Shown: piece after piece, positions 46,784-55,815 of the stretch | Layout of the letters: each line of letters begins with the position of its first letter | Position numbering within the stretch: the stretch's first letter is position 1 | Virus record (IMG/VR): IMGVR_UViG_3300049830_000285 | Location: 32,001 to 96,000 of that record | Reading direction: 5' to 3' (one strand) | Source: a virus | DNA length: 64,000 bases | Program-made: the position numbers and the translations under genes | The notes under the pieces: generated by a model | What the model was told of the DNA's origin: nothing | The model's database searches: none | The model's input: only the letters and a program-made list of their open reading frames with translations

Positions 46784-47008
46784 GTGTTAATCATGTGCAG
46801 CAATCAAAATCAAATCGTTTGTCCTAAGTGTAGTAAAAGGTATGTTAAATGCCCTTGTTGTGGTGAATTAATAGAAGAGCAGCACCAGCAGCAATTGAAT
46901 CCATGGCAAACGCCCAATCCATTGATGCCCATGCCAGTGTGGTCTCCAACTGATTTAAGGCCTGGTACTCCATATAATCCTAACGGCCCGTTTGTTCCGA
47001 TGTGTTAA
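46784..47008 (+). CDS. Small Cys-rich, Pro-rich protein
   Basis: CPKC and CPCC Zn-finger followed by Pro-rich tail. Confidence 0.55.
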   Translation: MLIMCSNQNQIVCPKCSKRYVKCPCCGELIEEQHQQQLNPWQTPNPLMPMPVWSPTDLRPGTPYNPNGPFVPMC

Positions 47009-47010
47009 AA

Positions 47011-48333
47011 ATGCAAGATAATATTAATGCTTTTCATAAAGAGGCTTTTGCTACACCGCAGGGTTTTGAAGCCGATGTGGAAAATTCATATGATGAAGCT
47101 CCATATGAAAAAGGGCTACAAACACAGGGTATGGTTGCAGCTAAATACACATCTGGTGACACGAGATATCAAGCTGAACAGCCGTTAATTCAAAGTCATT
47201 TAACTACATTGCCTTCCAAAGTATCTAAGCGATATTCTCCTCAGAATGATGAACAAAACACAGGGATGCCACTTCCACCAGAACCAACTTTTATGAAAGA
47301 TAGTGGTCGTCCTGAAAGAATTACATCGGTGAGGGGATTAATTAACAGAGAGAATATACCTGTTAGTGAAAAAAGGAAATCTTCACCATTAGCGGGAGTT
47401 GATTTTGCTAGAACTCACTCGGAAGCTGCTGCTTTGTTGGAGAGATTGGGGAAAAAGGTATCTTTCGAAGCTCATCATAGCGCGTTAGTTCAAGAGGCTT
47501 CGCAAAAATCATTACAAACATCTGTGAACAATGATATTGAACGCATTACGGTTGATTTACGTAAAGCTAAAGCTGAAATTGCAGACCTTGGAAGTAAAAT
47601 TGTATTATCTTCTGTTCCAGAAAAGAATTATGATAATCTTAATTTAGTTGCCGTTGGTCAAGAAGCTTTTGCATTAGATAGTCAATTGCGCACTGCTAAA
47701 TCAGCAAAGACTTTTGTCGCAACACGTAATGTTCGACCAAGTGATGCCATATCAGCGAATGAACTATTTGCGCAAGAACAAGCTGAATATGAAGAAATTT
47801 TATCTCAATCAACCGAGGCATCAAATCGCGCTCAGGCACTTGCAACACAACGTAGCGCAAATTTAGTGACACTCATCGAAGATAAGTTGGCAAAAGCCAA
47901 AGAAGAGTCTGATGAAATTTTAGATGCCGAAGATGCCACAAAAGTAATTCGCAGAGTAATGGACGATTATGTTCAAATGCGTAGTAATAACTCCAAAGAA
48001 CAACATGTTCAGATGCGAAATGTTGAAACCAAGGTAAAGAAAATTATGCAAGCCGAACTACCAGAAGAAATAGAATCAAAGGTTGACGCAGTAAACGAAA
48101 TTAAAGAGATTATTCACGAAGTTGTGAAATCACACCCAAACCTAGTTCAAAGAAACTCGGGAAGTAATGATATGGAATTCTCCTTGGCGGCGAGAGATAC
48201 ATATTTGAGAGTTCAAATAGAACAAGAGCTTCGAGAGAAATTCGAATTAAGATTAGTGGAAAATAATAAATTGATGGAGAAAAAGAATCTAGTTGTTTTT
48301 GAAGAAATGATAGACAGATTCCTTAACCCATAA
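47011..48333 (+). CDS. Hypothetical coiled-coil protein
   Basis: About 440 aa, TAATG-coupled to the next gene. Start set at ATG 47011. Confidence 0.7.
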   Translation: MQDNINAFHKEAFATPQGFEADVENSYDEAPYEKGLQTQGMVAAKYTSGDTRYQAEQPLIQSHLTTLPSKVSKRYSPQNDEQNTGMPLPPEPTFMKDSGRPERITSVRGLINRENIPVSEKRKSSPLAGVDFARTHSEAAALLERLGKKVSFEAHHSALVQEASQKSLQTSVNNDIERITVDLRKAKAEIADLGSKIVLSSVPEKNYDNLNLVAVGQEAFALDSQLRTAKSAKTFVATRNVRPSDAISANELFAQEQAEYEEILSQSTEASNRAQALATQRSANLVTLIEDKLAKAKEESDEILDAEDATKVIRRVMDDYVQMRSNNSKEQHVQMRNVETKVKKIMQAELPEEIESKVDAVNEIKEIIHEVVKSHPNLVQRNSGSNDMEFSLAARDTYLRVQIEQELREKFELRLVENNKLMEKKNLVVFEEMIDRFLNP

Positions 48334-51300
48334 TGCCAGATAGCTATTCTAATCCATCATATAAGCCGCCAACAAGACCCTATAAATGGGTACCAAACAC
48401 GATACCGAATGGTGGAGACACACCTATTGGTTTCTATCCTCCGCAAATAGTTCGCGGGGCATTCAGAAACGACATCACTATTCAAGAGGGATTTACAGGT
48501 AGTACCGTCACCGTCACTGCAACTGGAACAATGATAAGTTCCAAGGGCTCTGAAAACAACCCAATATTAGCAGTTCATCGTCCAATGGTTGACCCCGATA
48601 ACGACCGAGGCGTACCTCCTTCTGAGTTATTTGACATAAGTGGAAATTTCAAATGGCAAGTGGAATTATCACAAGCGACCCGAATATCGTCAATAACTAT
48701 AGAATATGCATTAGTTGTAGATGTTAATGACCCTGCACTTTTAGCTTTATTAGACCCAGGTGATGCCGCAGCTTTAGCATTGTATTTGCAACACCCAACT
48801 GGTGAACCACCAAGCATTGACTGGAGCAAATATAAATTTGCAAAAATCACTTTAGATGATAAAGAGTATCCAGCTAACGGAACAGATGGCAAACCAAAAG
48901 AGTTAGCTGTTACGGGTGTTACAAAGACTGTTAAATTACACACAGTGAAGTTTGTTGATTCATTTGTGGTAAGTGGATTTCCGATAACTAAAAGAATTGC
49001 TATTTCTAATAGGTCTGGTTTAGACACGCTTGAATTAATCTTGTCTAAAGTTTATATTTTTGATGCCGCAAGAGTCAATCTACATGATAATCAGCTACCA
49101 AGCGCCTTGATGGAATACGCATATCCAACTCGTTTTTCTTTTACACCATCTCCAAGTATGAACGCACAGCGTTTACCATTTCCCTCTGATGCTGATAATC
49201 CAAATTTTCATTTTAAAATATACTCCCCGGAGGAATTAATAGCCACTAAGTATGGTATGGCTCATTCTATAAATCTGAGATTTTTAGTATTTTCTATGCC
49301 AATATTAGGAATAGACCCAACTGGTGTAAACAATTTGTATTTCGCTATTTTTATTGGGCCAGCTCCTGGTAGGAGAACTGTCAAAACAGCCCTAAGTGGT
49401 GAGTTAGCACAATCACATATTGCAAATGCAAATAAAAATCGAGTGGTCGTGGCTGATAGCTTTACAATAGAAAAAGATACAAAGACCCTTCGATTAGAAA
49501 AAGTTGCCTCAGCAGCAGCTATTTCTCCACCAGCAAATAATGCAAACTGGATAAGAATAGATAATTCTACATACAATGTAGTCGGAAATAATACTTTTGG
49601 AGATGAGGGTTCTTATGTTAGTGAATATTTGTTTTTAGATAATTCAACTTCTGTAAACAATTGGTATAGAACAGTTCAATCGCTTGGCAGTGGCGCAGAA
49701 AAGATATCTGCCCCATTTCAAAATAAAACATATAGTGAACATATAGTTTACAAAGCTTTATCATCCGCTACAACATCCACCAAGAAAGATAGTGTTGTGC
49801 GCAGAATACCGATAATGTCTGATTTTATTGGTGGCTCGCCATTGAATGCTGAAAGACCAATATCAACGTTTGTTATGGATGGATTTAATGCTCTAGTGAA
49901 TCCTATACGTATTCGAAAAGGCTCATTCAAGTTAGCTATTAGAGCCAAGGTAGAAGACCCGAGCTTTTTATTAAACACTCATTTATATGCGCGTTTTTGG
50001 TTTGTTCCAGATGGTTCTGACACCGATGTGAATAATCTCTATCATTGGCGAGATTCAACAGAATTTCATTTTGAAACTTCTGCCACAGGTACAAAAGTGG
50101 TACAGGGAGCGCCGCGAAGTATGCAAGATTTAATTGTGTCACCCCCAATACCAAATAGCCTCACTTATCTAGAGATGGTTCGCTATAATGATGTAGAAGT
50201 GGATTTTCCAGAGAAGGGGCATTCCGCGCCATTTTCCGGTGCAAAGCTGATGGTGGCTTTATATGCTGTGGGTTATCCATCGGCTGATGGTACAGCACAA
50301 AATATCACAAAAAATACACCAAATTTACCAAAAATAACTATTGAACTTGATTCTCAGTATGGCACTTTTGAAACTCCAATACAATATGTTGAATCTAATG
50401 TGTTGTTTGCTCAGCGAGCGAGTAGATATAACTCGTCACAATTTATTGCAGTTGATGCACCGCAGATTGTAACCAAGGGTAAAATCGGTGGTGGCGAACT
50501 TGATTCTGGCGCTTATCCCAAATATGATTCTAAATTTAAATCCAATGATAGCGAACCATTCAATGGATTGCTGAAAATGAATAAATCGGATTCTGGCACA
50601 TTAGCTAAATTCTGTATTCCTATCACTGCCGTACCTGGGGAAAAGGATGAGCAAACATCAGTTTATGCAGATTTTGCGACAGCAGATAAATCACTGGATT
50701 CCGGTCGAGTGTTAGATGGGGATTGGAAAGTTTCATTTACGGTGAATAGAGGTATAGACACAACATTAGTAGCTATAGATTATCGCATTGAAATGTTCTT
50801 GGTGAGTGGCGATGGCAAGGTGACAGAGCGAATCTTCAGGTCTTCAACTGTTAATGGTGTGAAGATTTCTGGCACGGGTGATATTTCTTACACTGCGTCA
50901 ATTAAAATTCCAATGATTATCAGTGGCTCGGGTACACAATTGGTTATGCGATTAATTGGCTATCCTTACTCAAGAAGTGGAAATGCCGTGGATGTTGGTT
51001 CTATTCAAAATCAACTGGGCTCCACTCCTTTTGGAATCAGAATTGATTCTCTTCAAATAGTAAGCCATACTTTGTCGCGTTTGTCAATATCTCAAGTGGC
51101 ATCGTTTCTTGGTAGCCCAGCTTTTAATGAAAATCTACAAGTGGTGCCGAATCAATCTATTGGTGAAACTTCCGATTTTTGGTTTATTGCTTCGGATTTC
51201 TTAACACATGTATTTGTCGTTGACGCAAGTGTTGGTATTGATATTACTGGCTCATTATATAGTCCAGCTTGGTTTATTAACATGCCAAAAGACATGGAGA

Positions 51301-52595
51301 TACGAGCGCGGGGGCAGGGATTTTTAGACCAAGACGTTTGGAGTAGAACAGTTGTAGCTGATGGCACATCTGCTGGCGAGGGTGCAACTTCAGCGGTAGA
51401 AGATAAGCATTCAAAAACGGTACATGTTGCCCATGAAGACGTGGACACGGTTGGTGGTCAATCTATTTCTATGATGTCTGATTCTCCGGTTATTAAACAT
51501 AAAGTCTTTGATTCTCCATATCGAAAATCATTATTAGATGATAACGTTGCTGGTCGAAATGCTGGGGGTATTTCCGTTCTGGGTAACACTGCTCCTAATT
51601 TGCAATTTATCAATATGGGCAGCTTCACTAACGACAATCCCGCTGTACTTGGGCTTATATCACAGCACGAGGGCAACGATTATGCGTCAGCGCAAGCTAG
51701 TATGAATACATCTCTAGGTGGCTTTGGTACATGGTTTGGTTCTAATCGTGACATGGCTGCAAATGATTTTGCAACAGTTAAAAAATTCGCAGATGGATTT
51801 TTGTCTCCAGTAATGGCACAATCATCTGTTTCTTCTTTAGTATATGTCGCTGGTTGGTGCGAACCCGGCGCGATTCTCTTAAAAGAAGCTAGTATGTGGG
51901 ACAGTAACACAAACACTGCTTCTGGAAATATCTTCTTGGTTGACGGATTAACTAACAATCCTATCCCTGACAGCTCACCAATAACTCAACCATCGTTCAT
52001 TTCTGGTCTCAAAGCTGTTCAAACATTTCCAGGCATAATAATTGATGCGCATAACACTGTGACTGTAGCTTACACATTGGAGGGTAGAACAGGAGAATTA
52101 TATGCTCGTTCATTAATTGGTGGACAGGGGATGAGCAATCCGTATGTTATTGCTACATTCAGAAGTCCAGGTCACTTAACCTCTGATGTCAATATCTTTG
52201 CGCCAACAATGAGCTGGCATGAATCAACTCAAAGTTATTATGTAGCTATGTGGTGTGGCGGCAAGATATTTTTGACGACATTCTGCGGCTTAAGAACATC
52301 GCATGGCGTGTTAATGAATCCGTTACAATTAGTAGCCGGGGATAAGGATTTCACTAGCGGGAAAAACTCAGCCAATCCAGTCTTTCAGGCATTAGTACAA
52401 TCTGGCGGATTGATTAACAATCAACTTGGAACTGCTGAAAGTGATATTCCACAACAAAGAGTTGGCTTGTATGTAAGTGATAAATGGCCTTTCCAGGGTA
52501 ATGCTTTCGTATATTACAAAGATAGTAACAATAAATTGATGATGCGCCAGGTTCGAATTGGTGGAATCACTGGTGCGCAAAAAGAAATCAGTTGA
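48333..52595 (+). CDS. Large virion structural protein (tail/baseplate)
   Basis: 1420 aa, beta-rich Ser/Thr/Gly composition within a structural operon. Confidence 0.6.
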   Translation: MPDSYSNPSYKPPTRPYKWVPNTIPNGGDTPIGFYPPQIVRGAFRNDITIQEGFTGSTVTVTATGTMISSKGSENNPILAVHRPMVDPDNDRGVPPSELFDISGNFKWQVELSQATRISSITIEYALVVDVNDPALLALLDPGDAAALALYLQHPTGEPPSIDWSKYKFAKITLDDKEYPANGTDGKPKELAVTGVTKTVKLHTVKFVDSFVVSGFPITKRIAISNRSGLDTLELILSKVYIFDAARVNLHDNQLPSALMEYAYPTRFSFTPSPSMNAQRLPFPSDADNPNFHFKIYSPEELIATKYGMAHSINLRFLVFSMPILGIDPTGVNNLYFAIFIGPAPGRRTVKTALSGELAQSHIANANKNRVVVADSFTIEKDTKTLRLEKVASAAAISPPANNANWIRIDNSTYNVVGNNTFGDEGSYVSEYLFLDNSTSVNNWYRTVQSLGSGAEKISAPFQNKTYSEHIVYKALSSATTSTKKDSVVRRIPIMSDFIGGSPLNAERPISTFVMDGFNALVNPIRIRKGSFKLAIRAKVEDPSFLLNTHLYARFWFVPDGSDTDVNNLYHWRDSTEFHFETSATGTKVVQGAPRSMQDLIVSPPIPNSLTYLEMVRYNDVEVDFPEKGHSAPFSGAKLMVALYAVGYPSADGTAQNITKNTPNLPKITIELDSQYGTFETPIQYVESNVLFAQRASRYNSSQFIAVDAPQIVTKGKIGGGELDSGAYPKYDSKFKSNDSEPFNGLLKMNKSDSGTLAKFCIPITAVPGEKDEQTSVYADFATADKSLDSGRVLDGDWKVSFTVNRGIDTTLVAIDYRIEMFLVSGDGKVTERIFRSSTVNGVKISGTGDISYTASIKIPMIISGSGTQLVMRLIGYPYSRSGNAVDVGSIQNQLGSTPFGIRIDSLQIVSHTLSRLSISQVASFLGSPAFNENLQVVPNQSIGETSDFWFIASDFLTHVFVVDASVGIDITGSLYSPAWFINMPKDMEIRARGQGFLDQDVWSRTVVADGTSAGEGATSAVEDKHSKTVHVAHEDVDTVGGQSISMMSDSPVIKHKVFDSPYRKSLLDDNVAGRNAGGISVLGNTAPNLQFINMGSFTNDNPAVLGLISQHEGNDYASAQASMNTSLGGFGTWFGSNRDMAANDFATVKKFADGFLSPVMAQSSVSSLVYVAGWCEPGAILLKEASMWDSNTNTASGNIFLVDGLTNNPIPDSSPITQPSFISGLKAVQTFPGIIIDAHNTVTVAYTLEGRTGELYARSLIGGQGMSNPYVIATFRSPGHLTSDVNIFAPTMSWHESTQSYYVAMWCGGKIFLTTFCGLRTSHGVLMNPLQLVAGDKDFTSGKNSANPVFQALVQSGGLINNQLGTAESDIPQQRVGLYVSDKWPFQGNAFVYYKDSNNKLMMRQVRIGGITGAQKEIS

Positions 52596-52610
52596 TGTAC
52601 AATATGTAGC

Positions 52611-52961
52611 ATGAACACCAATATTAAATCAACTCCAACAGAACCTGTAAATTTTCGCATCAATACTGAAATGGTGGTTAATTTAAAAAGACTCGCCAGA
52701 CATGTATCTTATCATCTTGATGATGATTATACTTATGTGGACATCATTAGATGTTTGCTGGCAGAACATTTTCCAGTTCCAGAGACAGACTTAATTGCAG
52801 ATACCCAATCAAAACAGGTACAAGATATTTGTTCACGTATTACCAGACAGGCTGCTTTAGCGGGCGTACCGTACATTTCCTCAACCTTTACATCCAGTAC
52901 ATCTATAGAAGGAACTACAATTTCTGGCTTAAAACAAAACAACCTAGATGAGAGCGAATAG
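52611..52961 (+). CDS. Ribbon-helix-helix-like DNA-binding protein (ends in TAG)
   Basis: PVNFRINTEMVVNLKRLA....TYVDIIRCLL fits a strand-helix-helix pattern. TACAAT lies 7 nt before the ATG. Confidence 0.5.
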   Translation: MNTNIKSTPTEPVNFRINTEMVVNLKRLARHVSYHLDDDYTYVDIIRCLLAEHFPVPETDLIADTQSKQVQDICSRITRQAALAGVPYISSTFTSSTSIEGTTISGLKQNNLDESE

Positions 52962-52984
52962 GATTCGTTCAAATTAATGTTGAA
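52960..52984 (+). promoter_or_regulatory. AGG-N18-NGAA motif upstream of cca
   Basis: AGG 52960-62, TGAA 52981-84, ATG 53014. Confidence 0.55.
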
Positions 52985-53013
52985 CAAATATTAAGCGTAG
53001 GTTGTAAATCATC

Positions 53014-55815
53014 ATGTGGTATGGAAAAATGTTGAAAGCAAATAAAAATGGAATCTCACGAGAGGAATTGAACATCCCTCTGAGCGGCGCTTTGCAACAA
53101 ATTCTACAAACATTGGTACAAAATGGCTGGAGAGGCTTGGTCGTTGGCGGGGCTGTTCGAGACGCTGTAACAGGTCATGTTCCCAAGGATATCGACGTTG
53201 AAGTTTACGGGCCTGATTTCAAACAGCTTGCGGCAGTTCTCAAGCAATATGGTCATGTACTTGGCGGCGCAGCGGATGAATCAGTAGACGATAATTCATA
53301 TCAAGAATTTGTGCCCATTCCTTATTTTCCAGAAAAGTTCAGGGATTCACAACCATCTCAAATGAGTTCAGATGGCCCAATTCCCAATCAAGGGTGGATG
53401 TACAATCTAAATCCAAAGCCTCAAAAATCTCCTGTTATTGGAAAGGCGTTCGGTGTTATCAAATTTAGAGATGCCGAAGGGAACGATTATGACTTCTCCT
53501 TACCTCGTCGTGACAGTAAGACGGGTGAGGGTCACACTGGATTTGATATTCAAGTAGACCCAAATATGTCTCCACTTGAGGCTGCATCACGGCGTGATTT
53601 TACGTTTAATTGTTTTTCATCTGAAACAAGAATGTTGACAAAAGCTGGAATTTTTAGTTTTTCAGAGTTGGTAGAACAGTATGTTGATGTTTTAAATCAA
53701 AACGGTGAATGGGTCAATGCTTTAATTAGAGCATGCGGACAACAGCCGTTAATGAAGTTAATTTTACAAAGAAATGGAGTTAAAAAAGAAATATTTGTAA
53801 CACCAAATCACAGATGGTTTGTGCGCAACAAACATACTGGAAATTACACATCTGTACGCACCACTGAAGAATTAAAAAAATGTCATTTTATATCATCTGT
53901 TTTTCCTAAAAATATTTCAAAAGATGTTATCCCAAATAATGATGCAATATGTCGCGGGTTTGTGTTTGGCGATGGGTCTTTAACATATGGTAGTAGAAAC
54001 ATTGCTAGTGTTGCAAATTTTTGTGGAGAGAAAGACAAAAATTTATTACCTTGTTTTTCAAAACTCCCTGTAGGTTGTTCTCCAAGAGAATACCCTGGTG
54101 TCATAAAAATTCAAGGATTGCCATTTGAGTGGAAAGCCCATGTTCCTGATTTAGAACACGAAGATACATCGTATTTATATGGATGGTTGGCGGGATATTT
54201 TGCCGCAGACGGCTGTGTTGATAAAAAAGGGTGCCCGACATTAAGTTCTGCATCGTTAGAAAACATTGAATATGTAAAAATGTTATGTCAAAAACTAGGA
54301 ATAGGAACTTTACACACAAGTGTTTCTCACGGAGGCGCTGGGGCATACAAACCAGACTCTGTGTGTTATATACTTGCTTTTGTAAGGTCAACACTATGCC
54401 CTGAGTTTTTTGTAATTCCTGAACACAGAAAAAGATTTGTGTCTCATCAATACAATAGAGAAAGAACTGGATGGAGCGTTGTTTCAGTTGAAGAAACTGA
54501 CCGTTACGAAGAAGTTTTTTGCGCAGAAGTGCCAATTGACCATGCATTTGTTTTAGAGCACAATGTATTAACTTCGAATTCACTTGCATACGACCCGTTG
54601 ACAAACGAACTTCATGATTACTTTGGCGGTAAAAAAGATTTGGATAATCGAATTTTGCGTGCTACAGATATGGAAAAATTTGGGGAAGACCCACTGCGCG
54701 TTTTGCGCGGTATGCAATTTGCTGCCAGAATGGGATTGACAGTAGACCCGCAAACTGCAAAGTTGGCGCAAAATCTTGCAAATGAAATTCCTAATCTTTA
54801 TAAGTCTCCAGAGAATCCAAATGGCATCTCTCGCGAACGTGTAACTGAAGAATTTATGAAGCTTGCTACCAAGGGTAAATTCCCAGGTAGTGCAATTCAG
54901 TACCTTCAAGATACTGGTTGGGTAAAATACTTCCCGCAAGTTCAGGCTATCATTGATGTACCGCAGGATGAAGAGTGGCACCCAGAGGGAGCTGTACATA
55001 TTCACACAGCACACGTCATGAACGCTGCTGCTGAAATCGCTGATAGGCGCGGTTTGAAAGGTGATGACAGGGCTGTTGCAATCTTTGCAGCGCTCGGGCA
55101 CGACTTCGCTAAAGCAACGACAACAGAGCAGCGCGAAAAGGGCGGACGAATGCGATGGACGGCACATGGGCACGAAGAGGCTGGCGGGCCGGTGGTAAAA
55201 GAGTTTTTACAGAGCATCGGAGTTAAAAATGACATTATTAATCGTGTTGTTCCGCTTGTCCGTAAGCATTTGAATCACATTCAATACAAAGACGAGAACA
55301 TTTCCAAGGGAACTGTTCGTGGTTTGTCGCATGATATTTACCCTGCGACTATAGAAGACTTGGTTGACTTGATTGAAGCAGACCATTCTGGACGCCCGCC
55401 TTTGGAGAAGATGCTACCAGAGCAAGCTCAATGGTTATTGGATGCGGCTAAGAAAGATAATGTTCACAATCAGAAGCCACAACAGGTTATCACTGGAAAG
55501 CATGTATTGCCATGGTTCCAGGGTAAAGTTGGCCCGCACGTCGGAAAAGCAGTTAAGGAAGCTTATGAAGCCTACTTAAAGGGCAGATACACCACCCCAG
55601 AAGAGGCAGAAGTATGGTTACGCAACTATATGAAGGCAAATGCTCAATTACTGCGTGGTGATGATGTTTTGCCATATTTTGGCGGTAAAGGCGGCGCTCA
55701 AGTCGGACAAATATTAGATAAAGCCTGGGACGCTCAATCTGCTGGTGAATATACTGACCAAGATGCAGCGAGAGCTTGGTTGGAAAACTATATGAAAACT
55801 AACCCATCCGCTTAA
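53014..55815 (+). CDS. cca: Class II tRNA nucleotidyltransferase (CCA-adding) with HD domain, intein-containing
   Basis: VGGAVRD..DIDVE, RRDFTFN, EDPLRVLRG.QFAAR, SRERV.EEF.K, HPEG..HIH and GHDFAK motifs. Confidence 0.92.
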   Translation: MWYGKMLKANKNGISREELNIPLSGALQQILQTLVQNGWRGLVVGGAVRDAVTGHVPKDIDVEVYGPDFKQLAAVLKQYGHVLGGAADESVDDNSYQEFVPIPYFPEKFRDSQPSQMSSDGPIPNQGWMYNLNPKPQKSPVIGKAFGVIKFRDAEGNDYDFSLPRRDSKTGEGHTGFDIQVDPNMSPLEAASRRDFTFNCFSSETRMLTKAGIFSFSELVEQYVDVLNQNGEWVNALIRACGQQPLMKLILQRNGVKKEIFVTPNHRWFVRNKHTGNYTSVRTTEELKKCHFISSVFPKNISKDVIPNNDAICRGFVFGDGSLTYGSRNIASVANFCGEKDKNLLPCFSKLPVGCSPREYPGVIKIQGLPFEWKAHVPDLEHEDTSYLYGWLAGYFAADGCVDKKGCPTLSSASLENIEYVKMLCQKLGIGTLHTSVSHGGAGAYKPDSVCYILAFVRSTLCPEFFVIPEHRKRFVSHQYNRERTGWSVVSVEETDRYEEVFCAEVPIDHAFVLEHNVLTSNSLAYDPLTNELHDYFGGKKDLDNRILRATDMEKFGEDPLRVLRGMQFAARMGLTVDPQTAKLAQNLANEIPNLYKSPENPNGISRERVTEEFMKLATKGKFPGSAIQYLQDTGWVKYFPQVQAIIDVPQDEEWHPEGAVHIHTAHVMNAAAEIADRRGLKGDDRAVAIFAALGHDFAKATTTEQREKGGRMRWTAHGHEEAGGPVVKEFLQSIGVKNDIINRVVPLVRKHLNHIQYKDENISKGTVRGLSHDIYPATIEDLVDLIEADHSGRPPLEKMLPEQAQWLLDAAKKDNVHNQKPQQVITGKHVLPWFQGKVGPHVGKAVKEAYEAYLKGRYTTPEEAEVWLRNYMKANAQLLRGDDVLPYFGGKGGAQVGQILDKAWDAQSAGEYTDQDAARAWLENYMKTNPSA
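53611..54579 (+). mobile_element. Intein with LAGLIDADG homing endonuclease (323 aa)
   Basis: Cys1 CFSSETRMLT, block B TPNH, GFVFGDG and LAGYFAADG motifs, C-terminal VLTSN followed by Ser+1. Removal restores RRDFTFN-SLAYDP. Confidence 0.92.
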
